NCBI GenBank assembly: GCA_963792415.1
Contig: CAWBVY010000005.1
Coordinates: forward strand, 1-64,000
Direction: 5' to 3'
Length of the DNA stretch: 64,000 nucleotides
Origin: Candidatus Deferrimicrobiaceae bacterium
Lineage (GTDB): Bacteria; Desulfobacterota; Deferrimicrobia; Deferrimicrobiales; Deferrimicrobiaceae
A program made the translations under genes and the position numbers. Below, piece by piece: positions 1-12,455 of the stretch (positions within the stretch are counted from its first letter, which is position 1; every line of letters starts with the position of its first letter). The notes under the pieces were generated by a model, which made no database searches, was not told where the DNA came from, and saw only the letters and a list, made by a program, of their open reading frames with translations.

Positions 1-77
1 TTACGGGGCGTCGTACCCAGCGGTTGATCCGCCCACTTCCCGCCACCGCGCGAGATGGATGCGCGAATTAGGACGCG

Positions 78-1308
78 CTACCTGAACAGCTCATATTTAC
101 TGTAGGCCAGGGAAAGCTGAGCAATACAGTATAATTTCAGAACCGACGGTCGCCATCGCGGCGCCGATACCCCCGATAGGTATGAGGAACTCGTTCAGGA
201 CCACGTTGGACAAACACCAGCATTTCCACCGTGACCCGGATTCTTTGCCGATTCCCCGTGGTCAATATCTCGCAAAGGCCGAATTCACGAGGCGTAACGT
301 CACCGCGAGACTCAGGATCCGGCAATGACGGCGCCGTCCTTGCAACAACACCCCGATGATCATGGAAACCACGTCTCTGACCGGTATAGGATCAGGCTCA
401 GAAGAAGCCCGATCAGGCTCATCGCCATCACAAGATCGCTGACCCGTGCAAATTCCTTGCGGTTGGACGTGAATTTCCTGAAAAGAATCGGGGTAAAGGA
501 AATGCGGTACCGCCATTGCCAAAACGTAGTTGATGGCGATGATTCGGTAAACTCCGGCGTAGATTCCCACTTCCGTACCAGGCCTCAAAAGGAGCATCAG
601 GAAAACATCGAAGTCGAAATATGCTACCCCAGATGTCGCCGGAATCCGAACAGCGCCGAATTCGAAGAAGTCGACCACGGACGCCTTACGCTCGTCCCGA
701 TCGCGAAATACTTCTTCGGGGTCCACAAGAACCATGCCAACCGCTATCTTACTGCAACCAGCAACTGGGACAACACCATGAATTTCAGGCTCCCCTTCAT
801 GTAGATGACGAATACCGTCAATCCCAGGACCGTCGTGGTCTCGCGACGATTTGAATGGTTGCCGTCACATGGGATTTATTCAGCATGAGGTAGGACACCC
901 GGAAAAGGCAGGTGGATGTTCAACACAAGGTAGTGTCGCACCCGCCAGGAACCCGATGATTACGATTTCACGCGAATATCCGCTGAAGGGCAGGAAGAGC
1001 GCGATCGATAAATAGGCCACCGCCGACGTGATCGCCAGGGAGAGGAGATCAGCGACAGGTTCGCCGGGATATCGTTCTTTTCGATGTAGCCGCCCCGCCG
1101 CGCGAATTCCTGCTCGAACCGCATGATCATCGTGATACATCCCGCAAACCGACAAGGCCGTCGCGTATTGACCGAATTGGAGCGGACCGAAGAATCTTGC
1201 GATCAGGAGGGCGATCATCCTGCAGAACCCTTCGCTCCGGCTTCGGCGATCGAAGGGAAGCGCTCCTTTATAGAGGACATCCGCCACCGACCGGAGGTTG
1301 CTTTTCAA
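78..1308 (-). pseudogene. Wzx-type oligosaccharide flippase, multiply frameshifted (boundaries approximate)
   Basis: Fragments in different frames: LIARFFGPLQFGQYATALSV (ORF 880..1503), EVGIYAGVYRII (ORF 262..735), LIPIGGIGAAMATVGSE near 130-190; these are typical flippase segments. TAG at 78-80. Confidence 0.65.
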
Positions 1309-1382
1309 AGGAAAACGGGTGCTTCCGCTCCCTCCGCAGGCGCGCGGTCCGGAATCGTTCCGATCACCGCAATCCTCCTGGC

Positions 1383-2130
1383 TCATTTCCCACGAGTGCC
1401 GATGATTCGCGCCGGAACACCGACAGCGACGAAATATCGGGGATTTCCCGTGTGACCACGGAACCCGCCCCGATGATCGAGCCCCTTCCGATCCGGACGC
1501 CATCGAGAACGATCACGCCGGCGCCCAGCCAGACGTCATCCCCAAGGATGACGGGGCCTTCGGAAAACATCCCCTGATCCATCATGGGGATATCCAGTCG
1601 GTCTGACCGATATCGACCGCCTCCGAGGAGAACAGTGGCCGGCTATTAGGTCGACTGCCCGATCTCGATTCCGGATACCGACGAAAAATGCAGTTGCACC
1701 CGAATCGCCCGGTTCCCGATCACCACCGGCCCGGTCTTTCCCTGAATCACACAACTCCTCGAGACACCCACCACGCTGTCCCCCAGCCAGATCCCTTTCC
1801 CTCCCGCTCCGCTCTCATCAGCAACACGTCGTCGTCAATGGATACGCGCTCACCGATCGATATCTTCCGGGGTGCCGCAGGACCACGTCCGTAGATCACG
1901 CCGCGTCCGGCTTTCCGGAACATCCCCCGAAAAATGTCTTCCGTAAAAAATACCCGGCACCGCCCGTGAGATCACCGAAAAGAAGACCCTCAGTTCACTC
2001 GCCAGTACCTGAGGCAGCTTTCGGGTTCCGTAGGCCTTGTCCATGTACCTGGCCAGCATCGAAACGTTCTCGTCGTGGAGCTGCGATGCGAGCGCTTTTG
2101 GAAATTTCCGTCTTTTCCTTTTCGGATTGT
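1383..2130 (-). pseudogene. Hexapeptide-repeat (LbH) O-acyltransferase, frameshifted
   Basis: [39 protein letters not shown] (ORF 1364..1585); VGVPARII before TGA at 1383; start approximate. Confidence 0.75.
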
Positions 2131-2147
2131 ACCTCCCGTTGAAAGAA

Positions 2148-3699
2148 TTATTTTTTCCCCACAAGATCCACGGCCGAAAAGCGGAATCCCTTGCGCAAAC
2201 GCTCGAATTTGAGAAGGCACCGGGCCTCGTCCGCATCGGAAGATCCCGCAGATCTCCCGCGATATTTTTATTGCCCGCGCGGGATTGTCGCCAAGGCTTG
2301 TTCGACGGATCATCAGGCTCGTTCAGATGGAGCACCGACTCCTCCGCGACGATCCGCCGGAGCGGTTCTTTCCAGGAAAGATCGCCGTTCCCGGGATACC
2401 AGTCGAAGTCGTAGATTCCCGTCATGCGCTCGTCGATTTCAGGAACATCTACTGCCTCCGCAGGGGACCGTGTTCGTCGCGTTCCTTCTCTTTCCGGAAG
2501 ATCATGGACAACGTTTTCTCTGCCACCTTCCGCGCGGTGGTGAACTGATCCCCGCGACGGAATACAGGCCTTGGGGTCCCCCGTCGCCGACATGGTCGAA
2601 AATGACTTCCCGCGTCGTGAGCGTCGTACCCCCGTCGTTCGTCACGGGCAGGAAGCCGGAAAAGATCTGGAGGATATCCGTCCCGGTTGCCTCCAGGCCC
2701 GGCAGGGACATGTTCAGATTTTCCAGATACAACTGGCCAGTTGCTCTTCCGAGGGCGCGGGGACATCCCCTTTCCCGGAAAAGGGCGCGTGTCCGGTGCC
2801 GGCCAGCATCCTCCCCTTCCATGGAAGGATGAAATAGGTCTGCGCGTCCGGAACGTTCGGTTTGACCGCCAAAGCTGATCACTGGCTGGTTTCCGGTTGA
2901 GGACAACATTCCAGGCAACGGATCGCCGGAACAGATCGGGACGGTGGGAGCCGAAACGATCGGCGAGGCTTTCACACCAGGGACCGGCGGCGTTGATGGA
3001 TCACGGGCGACAGATATTCGTACGCGTCGCCGTTTCCCGATCGACGGCCTTGATCCGACCGCGGCATTCCCGTTTTTGAGGAGTTCCCCGCTTCCATGTA
3101 GTTCAGAGCTGTCGCACCGTTCGAACACGCCCTCCGGAGGATGACAACGAGAACCCTCTGCGGGGTCCGGCATGAAGGCATCGTGCCAGATCGCACCGCC
3201 TTTCAGCCCTTTCGTGTCGACGGTCGGATAAATCCGCTGCACCTGTTCAGCGTCGATCACCTCCCCCCGGAGGAAGTTTCCCCGCCGAATGCGGAGCCCG
3301 GCATCACCGGCAGGACGACCGAGAAAATCGTTCAGGAAGAGGCGGCAACGCGGAGATATGGACGGCCGCCGCAGACCATCGCCGTAAAGCGGCATCAGGC
3401 ACGGCAAGGTCCGGATCATCCGGGGGAAGTTCGAAAGGAACCATCTTCTTCCCTCCCACGGATTCCCGAAACGCGGAAGGTCAAGGGTCTGGAGGTATCG
3501 GGAGCCTCCGTGGATGATCCGGAGGCTGTTTGCGCTCGTGGCGCCTTTTCCCCGAAATCGTCCTTCTCGACAAGAAGAGTTTCAGTCCTCGCCGGGATCC
3601 CTCGCAGGCCAGCATCACCCCGTAGATACCGCCGCCGACGACGATCGCGTCGAACCGTTCCTTTGCGGCAGAAGCGGGATCCCTTCGAATCGTCTCCAT
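2148..3699 (-). pseudogene. FAD-dependent oxidoreductase, glycerol-3-phosphate dehydrogenase (GlpD)-like, frameshifted
   Basis: N-terminal DAIVVGGGIYG Rossmann motif; TLPCLMPLYG, GAIWHDA, FSGFLP, DHVGDGGPQGLYSVAG and a C-terminal EESVLHL..MIRRT segment spread over several frames; 3' end approximate. Confidence 0.7.
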
Positions 3700-4682
3700 C
3701 AGATCATGCCCTTCTCTTTGTACCAGTCGCTGTCGCAGCGAGACCTCGCGCAAGGCGGATTTTCGGCGAATACCCGAGCAACCGCTTCGCCTTCGCGATA
3801 CTGAAGGCCCTGTCCTTGTAGAAAAATTCCACGCGCCTCGGGTAAAGCGGTGGCTCGACGCCGACAAGGCTGCAAGCCTTCTCGCAGGCCACGGACGCCA
3901 GGTACACCGGGTAAAACGGAACGCGCCATGACGGTCGAGGCTTTCCGAGCACATCGGCGATCATGTGTACGAGTTCACGAATCGTCGTGTACTTTTCCCC
4001 CGCGATGGTGAAGACTTCCCCCAAGGCTTCGTCCTTCTTCCCGCAGAGCAGGAAACCGTCGACCAGGTCGCTGATGCAGGTCATGCTGATACAGCGTGTT
4101 CCCCGTTCCGATCATGACGAATATCCCTTTGTTGATCGGCTTGAACAGCTTCAGGAATCGCTGTAGTTTCGCCGGGACCGTAGATTCCCACGGGTCGCAC
4201 GACAACGCCCGGCAGGCCTTCGGAAAAGTAGCGTCGCGCGAGCGACTCCCCTTCCATCTTGACGACGGTAATGATCGCCCGGCAGGAATCGATACTCCCT
4301 CGTCGGCCGGGGGGTGGTCGATCTCTCCTTGCACTCCCACCGTGGAGCAGTGGATGAATCGGCGAACTCCGTTCCGCTTTGCCGACTTTCCAGCAGGTTC
4401 CGCGTCGCCTCGACGTTGACCATCCGGAACTCGTCATGGTCGGCGTATTCCGCCCGGTAGGCCGCGGCGATGTGGAAGACCGTCGAGAGTCCGGCGAAGT
4501 GGTCCATGACATCCCGTGGCGTTCTTGATGGTCGACCCGAAGGCATTTCACGGAGAGTTCCTCGAGTTCATGGACGTCGCTCGTGGGGCGGACGAACGCC
4601 ACGACCTGCTCCCTCCCACCAATCGCCGGCATAGGGCTTTCCCGGTGAATCCCGTCGCTCCGGTGACCAGGATCTTCGACAT
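3699..4682 (-). pseudogene. NAD-dependent epimerase/dehydratase (extended SDR), frameshifted
   Basis: Starts [14 protein letters not shown] at 4682; [42 protein letters not shown] in successive frames. Confidence 0.8.
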
Positions 4683-4685
4683 CCC

Positions 4686-6556
4686 CTATCCCTTCATCCA
4701 GTGTCTTTTCCAGGATTGGAAGACGATCAGGGACCAGAGGAGGTGACTGTGGTTGCCTACCGTGAGGTGTTCCTTCATGAGACGGCTGACGGTCCCGGCA
4801 CGAAACAGGCCGTCCCCGGCGATCGTCTTCGGATCGAGGACCTCCCCCATCCACTGGCGCAGCTCCCCTGCAAAGCCAGTTCTTGATGGGGATGCTGAAC
4901 CCTTCCTTCGGACGATAGATGCAATCCCGCGGGATGTGTCTTTCGGCCACGTTTTTCAACAATATTTTCGTCCGCCCCCCCGACACCTTCCATTTCTCGG
5001 GGATGGAAAATGCAAGCTCCACCATTTCCGGGTCCAGGTAAGGGACCCGTGTCTCCAGGGAAACCGCCATCGACATCCGGTCGACTTTCGTGAGGATGTC
5101 GTCGCATAGATAGCTTTTGAGGTCGACATAGAGACTTCGGTTCAGGGAGTCCTCGCGCCCGCCCGACGGAAGAGGTCGAGGATGTGCGCCTCGGCCGGCG
5201 TCTCGATATATTGAAGCGCCTCGGCGGTGAACAACTCGCGCCTCGTCTCCGCGCTGCCGAAGATCCGCCACCGGGCTTGACCCAGCTCCGCGGGTTGCTC
5301 CAATCCCTCGACGAAGCGTTTTGCCTTGTTGACCAGTCCCTTCTTCGCCGGGCGGGGGCGGAGCGTCCGCACCATCGGCTCGATGAGATGGTCCCGGAGC
5401 GGGGCCGGGAGACGGAGGTATTGTCGTGCTTTCTGGTCGGCAAGGTACGTTTCGTATCCCCCGAACAGTTCATCTCCCCCGTCACCGCTTAACGCCACCG
5501 TGACGTACTGCCGGGCCACTTTCGAAACGAGGTAGGTCGGAAAGATTGAAAAATCGCCGATCGGGTCGTCCATGAAATGGACCAGTTGTGGAAGAGGGAT
5601 TCGACTTCGGGCCGGATGATGTCCGTGATGGGCGACCTTCAGGTGACCGGCGGCCTTTTCGCCCACCGCAGCTCATTGTAGGAGAAGATCGTCGAACCCG
5701 ATGCAAAACGCCTTCGCCTCTCCCATCGAGGCCACGATCATGGACGAGTCGACGCCCCCGGAGAGAAAGGCTCCCGAGAGGTACGTCGCTGACCAGCTGG
5801 CGACGGTGCATTCCTTGATTTTCCGCTCGACCTCCTCCACCCATTCCTCTTTCCGCTTGAAGTTCGAGGAACCGTGCAACGGGACATCCCAATATTCGAC
5901 CGGGTGGAATTCCGGTTCGTCCAGGTCGACCTCGACCATTTCCCCGGGGCCGACCTGGGAGATCCCCTTGAAGAGCGTCCTCGTCCCGGGGACGTAGCTC
6001 CCAGGCCATGAACTCCCCCAATGCATCCAGGTTCAACTCCCGCTCCACCAGCCCGCTGGCCAGGATGGCCTTGATCTCCGTCCCCACACGAGGCGGTTCC
6101 CGTTGAAGGCGTAATAAAGCGGCTTGATGCCGATGTGATCCCTGGCAAGGATCAATTTCCTTTTCTTCCCGTCGTGCAGGGAGAAAGCGAACATCCCGTT
6201 CAGCCGCTTCGGGAATCCGGGGCCGTATTCCTCGTAGGCGTGGACGATGACCTCGGTATCGGAACGGGTCGAAAACCGGTGCCCTCTCGACGTCAGGTCC
6301 GACCGCAATTCCCGGAAATTGTAGATTTCCCCGTTGAACACGACCCGGATGTGTCGTCTTCGTTCGAAATCGGCTGCTTTCCGCCGGAGAGGTCGATGAT
6401 GGAGAGCCGGCGCATGCCCATCCCGACCCCGTCGCGAATATCGATCCCCTCGTCGTCCGGTCCCCTGTGGATCAGGGTGTCGCACATCCCCTTCAGTTGC
6501 TCGTAGCGCGGCCCGGCGATATCGCCGAAGCATGCAATACCGGCGATTCCGCACAT
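4686..6556 (-). pseudogene. asnB: Asparagine synthase (glutamine-hydrolyzing)-family amidotransferase, frameshifted
   Basis: MCGIAG start, [75 protein letters not shown]. Confidence 0.85.
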
Positions 6557-7749
6557 TACCCGATCAATTCCATCGAGTCGCCGGATCTTGGATTCGTATA
6601 CCGTCCGTGAATACTTTTCCTCGAAGAGTCTCCGCGCGTTCGCGATGGTCCGATTCCGTCGCTCCATGTCCTCCAGGGACGCGATGATGCCGCGGGCCAT
6701 GGATGGGCCGTCCGGCTTCACGAGGAAGGAAACGTCGTCATCGAGGATCTGGGTATGGGACTGGATGTCGGTTGCGACGATCGGAATGCCGCTTGCCAGG
6801 TATTCGTAGATCTTCAACGGGGTGTTCGTACCTTCGGACCGCGGGGAAACGAGCACGGTGGCCATTCCCAGAAAATATTTCGCTTCGGGTTGCGGGACCC
6901 GCCCGGTGAAGAGGCATCTCTCCCGGATCCATGCGACGCGGACATTCCGCGATAGCGTACCACCTGGTCCTTGTCGCCCCCGACCACCAGGAGAAACGCG
7001 TCCGGGATTTCCTCGACGACATGCTGGAATGCCTCGACGAGGATATCGATCCCCTGATAAGCTTCCAGCGTTCCGAGTTAAACGACGTCCCTCTTGCCGG
7101 CGGGCAACTCTCCTGCAGCACTGGGAATTGCCGGAGTTGTGGCGACCGGCTCTCGGTGACGCATTTTTCAGTTTCACCTCGTCGAACAGGACAGTTTTCG
7201 ATCAGGATGTGTTTCTGTTTATCCTCGATGACTCCGTTTACATATTCGTACAATTCCGGGCAGATGGTGACCACCGCTTCGGAAGCACGCAGGCGGCCAC
7301 CAACAGCCACTCGAACTTCCGTATGAGTGCCCGGGACCGTGAGAATTGAAAATTCGTCAATTGCTGCGGAAGGCTCGAATGCATGTCGTAGATCATCCTG
7401 AACTTGAACAGGGGCTTCAGGATACGGCAGATGAAAACCGCTTCCTCGTGGGCGTGCACGAAATCGTACTCGTTTTTCCACAACAGCCTTATAGCCTGGA
7501 GGAGGATGAAAATATCCAGGAACAACTTGAGCATGAAGGCCCGATTTTCACGTGCCCAGTGATGCAAACCGGGGAATTCGTACGATTCTTACGCCGTCGA
7601 TGTCGACGTCCTGACCCTCCCCGCGTAGGTCAGGAAGTCGATCGCGACACCTTGCCCGCCATCACGGAAGTCCTGTAATACACGCTGAAAGGGGTTCCCC
7701 TCGGGGAAAGAACGGTTGCGGACGGCGCGATGACGAGTGCTTTTTTCAA
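6556..7749 (-). pseudogene. Glycosyltransferase family 4, frameshifted
   Basis: TTG start then KKALVIAP..PRGTPFSVYYRT; YDFVHAHEEA, IYDMHSSLPQQL, SPRSEGTNTPLKIYEYLASGIPIVATD; TAA overlaps the asnB ATG. Confidence 0.8.
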
Positions 7750-7783
7750 GGCTTTCCGGGAAGGGATCTGTTCCCGATTTTCC

Positions 7784-8594
7784 TCATCTGCATGGCAACC
7801 TGGTTCCGGAGGAAGCGGAAAGGGGTTTACACTTCCAGTCGGCCGTAAGGTTCGGGCGACTGCCGGGGTCGAACAGCGCCTTTACAGTTCCCATGCGCGG
7901 GACGGTCGGGATCCAGGGAACCTCGGCGGGAAAACCGAAACTGCCTGGACGACCCGCTTCGGAAGGGAACGGCAAGGGATCGCTCCCGGGAAGGATACGG
8001 ATTCCCCTTCCCTTCCCGAAGGTAAAAAGGGGAGGCTCCGGAAAGAAACGCCGGACGGCCCCCGTTGTCGCCAAGAAAAAAGGCGGGGCGGGGCACTTTC
8101 TCCATGAAACGTTTGAGGATCTCACCCCTTCTGCCGGCCCATTTCCCGAATCCCCATGGAATCACTCCCATGGCACCTTCCTTCTCCACGTCCGCAACGG
8201 TCTGTTCCAGGGTGAGTCCGTCAGGGATCTCGGAAACGGCCGACAATGCCAGGACCTCCAACCGTTCCGCCGTAACGATTTGACGACCCGATATGAGGAA
8301 CAGGTACGGTCCGTCCATCTTTTCTATCCGAAGGGATTCCTCTTCCAACGTAGCGAATACCTGATAATTACCGGTTTGTGCGTCCCCAATCCTGTTGTTC
8401 CCTTTTATTGCATCTTCCTGTATCCGCTGAAACACCCGTTGCCTGCGTCCTTCCGTGAGCAAGAGAACGGGAATGTGAGAGCGGTCGCATCCGGCGTTTC
8501 TGGCAACCTGCAGGCAATTGGAGAATGCGGCGTCGAGAAATCCCGGGAGATCGAAGCAGGGGTAAATGTGAACGTGGGCGTCAATCACCAGCAA
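7784..8594 (-). CDS. Divergent PHP-like metallohydrolase, frameshifted near 8045
   Basis: N-terminal DAHVH (HxH) motif; continues in another frame as RILPGSDPLP (PHP GSD motif); 3' end uncertain. Confidence 0.55.
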
Positions 8595-8655
8595 GGGAGG
8601 GTCGCAGGTTGGAGATTGGATAACTTGTACCTGTTGTTTCGGAATCTGGCCGGCC

Positions 8656-10057
8656 CTACCTGGCCCCGCGCCCCAGGAGGACGATTTTGAAGGTGTGGAA
8701 CAGGATCAGCATATCCATCCTGAGCGACATGTTCTTGATGTAGAAAAGGTCGTACTGGAGCTTTTCCTTCGACTCGTCGATCGAGCTGCCGTAATGGAAC
8801 ATGACCTGCGCCCATCCGGTGATCCCGGGCTTGACCGTGTGCCGAAGACCGTAATACGGGATCAGGCTCTGGAGTTTCTCCACGAATTCCGGACGCTCCG
8901 GACGGGGGCCCACGAATTCCAGTTCCCCGATCAGGACGTTGAACAGCTGCGGCAATTCGTCGATCCGTGTTTTCCGGAGAAAGTGGCCGGCTCTCGTGAT
9001 CCGGGGGTCGTTCTCCACCGCCCATACCGCGTCCCCGTTCTTTTCCGCGTCGTTCCGCATCGAACGGAATTTATAGATCCGGATCGGCTTGTTGTTCTGC
9101 CCCACCCGTATCTGCGAATAGAGAACGGGGCCGGGAGAATCGAGCGTGATGAGGATCGCGACGACGAGAAAGAACGGCAGCAGGAGGACCAGGATCACGG
9201 CGGCCATAATCGCGGAGACGAACCGACGGAGCATGAGAAAGAACCTGGATTTCCGAAATCCCTCATTGAAGATGAAAAAGGATGGTGCGAGGCTGTCGAT
9301 CGGGATTCTTCCGGAGAGTTTCTCGAAAAATCCGGGCCATTCGAGGACCGGGATTCCCGCCACACGCAAGGCCAGCATTTCCTTGACGGGATATTCACCG
9401 CGCCGCTCCGTGATCGCCACGACGACCTTGCTGACATCGTGTTTGTTGATGATTCGATCCATCTGCGTGGGGTCGCCGAGAACTTCCCCGATCGTCCCCG
9501 AAGGAAATGTTCTCGTTCTTTGCCTGGGGACTGATGAAACCGACAAGACGAAAACCGAGACGTTTGTTTTTGTTCACTTCTTCTCCAACCTGCCGAGCCA
9601 CTTTACCCGTTCCCACGATCAGGATGTTCTCTCGCGGCGCAATCCGGGTAATGTACAATTCGAACAACAGGCGCCAGATCAGCAGGGATAGGGATGCGAG
9701 CAGGATGCTGAGATAATACATCTTGCCCGCAACGCCGAACTTCGGAATGGCGTAGGAAAGCAATCCGATCCCGATACAAACAACCCCGATGGCGATCGCC
9801 AGCGACAAGAGCATTTCGCCCAGAGTCTGAAAAAGCCGGAGGTTGTAGAGATCGAGCAGATACATGCACGACTGGCAGGCGACCGTGATGACTACGGCCC
9901 TTGCGACCACGTCTCCCATGCTGACCACAGGGGTGCCGGCGCGTCCGTGCAGCAGGATGAAACTCGCCACGACGGACCCGAGGATGATTCCCGTCTCGAC
10001 GACAAAACAGACGGCGCTCCGCAGGGAGAAAAACCGGTTTTCGAGGGTGATGATCAA
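8656..10057 (-). CDS. Priming undecaprenyl-phosphate sugar transferase (WcaJ/EpsB-like), frameshift near 9520
   Basis: Four N-terminal TM segments, NILIVGTG; C-terminal DSPGPVLYSQIRVG, KFRSM, RIDELPQL, VGPRPERP, KPGITGWAQV, YDLFYIKN. Confidence 0.9.
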
Positions 10058-10731
10058 CTACGTTTTCCCTCGTTGTACGCGACCTGGTAATACTTTCCAT
10101 AATATTTGTGATAGTACTTATCGGGTTTTTTCTCCTCGCCGTTCAGGACCACGCCCACGATCTTCCGTTCCCCAAGTTCATCGATCGCCTGACGAAACAG
10201 TTGGTAAGGTGTGTGACTGAAACGGAAAAGCAGAATGAAGGCATCTACCTGTTCGGAGATCGTTACGGCATCGGGGACCGGCAGAATCGGCGGAGTGTCC
10301 AGAATCACCAGGTCGAATTGCTCCCGCAATTCCCGAAGGAGAGAACGAAATTTTTCCCCGGCGAGCATGTCCGCGGGGGACGAGATCGTTTTCCCGCCGA
10401 CGATGACCGATAATCCCGGCACGATGGAATTCCGGACGATCTTCTCCTTGGGAAGGGACCCCGACAGAAATTCGCTCAGCCCCGAATCGGATCCAATTCC
10501 CAACTCTCTGGCGATGCTGGATTTCCGCAGGTCCATATCCACCAGGAGGACCTTCTTCCGGCCGGTCGATGCCATGTTGGCGGCCAGTTGGATGGCCGTC
10601 AACGTTTTCCCCTCTCCGGCGACCGCACTGCTCACGGCGAGGACCCGGAGGTTCAGGGTATCCATCTTGTACTCGACCTTGGCCCGGAGTCCTTTCAACA
10701 GTTCGTAAAACAGGGGGTCGATGCTCCGCAT
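10054..10731 (-). CDS. BY-kinase (CpsD/CapB family tyrosine kinase); true start may be near 10803 across a frameshift
   Basis: Walker A AGEGKT, A' VDMDLR, B ILDTPP; C-terminal tyrosine cluster KYYHKYYGKYY. Confidence 0.9.
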   Translation of the reverse strand: MRSIDPLFYELLKGLRAKVEYKMDTLNLRVLAVSSAVAGEGKTLTAIQLAANMASTGRKKVLLVDMDLRKSSIARELGIGSDSGLSEFLSGSLPKEKIVRNSIVPGLSVIVGGKTISSPADMLAGEKFRSLLRELREQFDLVILDTPPILPVPDAVTISEQVDAFILLFRFSHTPYQLFRQAIDELGERKIVGVVLNGEEKKPDKYYHKYYGKYYQVAYNEGKRS

Positions 10732-10799
10732 GTTCAGAATGCCGAGTCGCCCCGATCGGGAACTCCGTATCCTGCTTGCCAGGTGGGAAGGGAAATCTT

Positions 10800-12446
10800 C
10801 ATTGATCCAACTCCTATGGATTGTCCGATGGACAGAAGGATCGATTTAACCTTCTCGCCGTTGACCATGAGGAAGACCAGGTAGGCGCCCATGATCGAAA
10901 CCAGCCCCCCGATGATCGCCGCCCGTCGAACCGCAAGCCGCCGGTTGAGGCGATCGTTCTGGATGACGGGGAGGCACGCAAGGATCGGTATGTCGAAGAA
11001 ACTGCTTGAATTCCTTCGATCCCCGCAACGTCGGATCCAGCATCTCGAGGCCGAAGGACCCGCCGACACCGATCAGCAGGGAGGCCAGCAACGCGAACCC
11101 AAGCACCATCGCCCGGTTCGGTTTGGACGGCTGTGTGGGGAGACTCGCCGGTTCGAGAACCTGGAACTGTTCCCCCTTCTGTTTTTCCTCGAGCTTCTGG
11201 GAGACCTGGGATTCGAGCTTCTTTTTCAGCAATTCCTCATACGATTTCTTGATGTTATCGTAGTCGCGCGACAGGGCGATCATCTCCTGCTCCCGTTGCG
11301 GCAATCGCTCCACCTTGCGCTGGATCTGATCCATGGTTTGGACCGCGATCGCACTTTCCCTTTTCAGGGCGACAACTTCCAGGTCGATCGCGGCGACCTG
11401 TCCGCGAAGGCGTCGCATTTCCCCGGTTTCCCCGTCCATCGGTTCAAGGTCAGCCATGGTTATCGAGGTGGAAGGATTGGCTGCTCCACGGGCGGATTCC
11501 TCCCTGGCCGCCTGACGCAATGCTGCAATCTTTCCCTTGAGCTGTTCCACCTCCCACCGCGCCTGCACGACGGCCGGGTGAAGCGGGGTGTATTTCTTGG
11601 ACAGACTCTTCCAGGGTTTTTTCCCGCATGGCGAGTTCGGCACGGAGAGAACTGGGTGACGACTTGTCCCCTGAACCAACGGTTTCCCAGGGATCCTGGT
11701 CGCGCCCCAAGGCATTTCTCTCGATGTTGCTGATCTGGGCTTCCAGGAATACCTTCCGGTCCGCGAGTCGGGCGATGGAGTCGCGGTTGTTCTTGATCTG
11801 GTCCTGCAGTCTTTGGAGCCGGTTCAGGTTCGCCTGCTCCTGCTGCGGCAACTCCCCGCCGAACTGCAACTTGTACCGCTTGAGTTTTTCCTCCTGCTAC
11901 CTCGAGTCTTTTCCGGGTTTCCTGTACTTCTTCGTCGAGAAACTTCGAGGTGTCCCGGGCGATCGCTTCGCGGCTCCTGATATTCTCCTCCACGAAAAAG
12001 GAGCCCAGGCGGGAAGTGACCCGCATGGCGACCTCGGGATTCTCGTGCTCGAAGGAAAGGATGAACGTATTCTTTTTTTCGATGCCCATCTCGATCCGCT
12101 TCCGCATCTTGCCCACCAAGGCGGTGGAGGATATCTTCCTGCTCTCTTCCTTGAAAAGACCCAGCTCGTCGATCACTCCCATGAGGCGGGCACGACTGAG
12201 GATATCCTGCTCAAGCATTTTGAGGCGATCGCCGGCCCCGATGTTGACGGTGGACCGGACCATCCCCTCGGATACGGCCGGCGGGATGACGAGGAGCTTC
12301 ATCGTGGATTGGTACAGGTCCGGTGCCAGAACGCAATAGACGACAGACCCGATGTGGATGAGGAGGACGGAAAACAGGATCACCCATTTCCTCCTCCGGA
12401 GGACCTCCAGGAATTCGTGTGGTTCCATATTGGGGCGCAGTGGCAT
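10800..12446 (-). pseudogene. Polysaccharide chain-length determinant (Wzz/GumC, Wzc N-terminal part), several frameshifts
   Basis: EVLRRRKWVIL..PDLYQST; KYTPLHPAV; LSRDYD; FQVLEPASLPTQPSKPNR followed by a TM segment; 3' end approximate. Confidence 0.85.
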
Positions 12447-12455
12447 GATTCCCCT

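Noticed and set aside
325-804. 159-aa plus-strand ORF as a separate gene
   Set aside because: Lies opposite recognisable flippase fragments; no motif support.
7794-7809. Possible sigma54 promoter before the GT4 gene (CGGAACCAGGTTGCC, minus strand)
   Set aside because: GG-GC spacing is 9 rather than 10, and the region is indel-prone.
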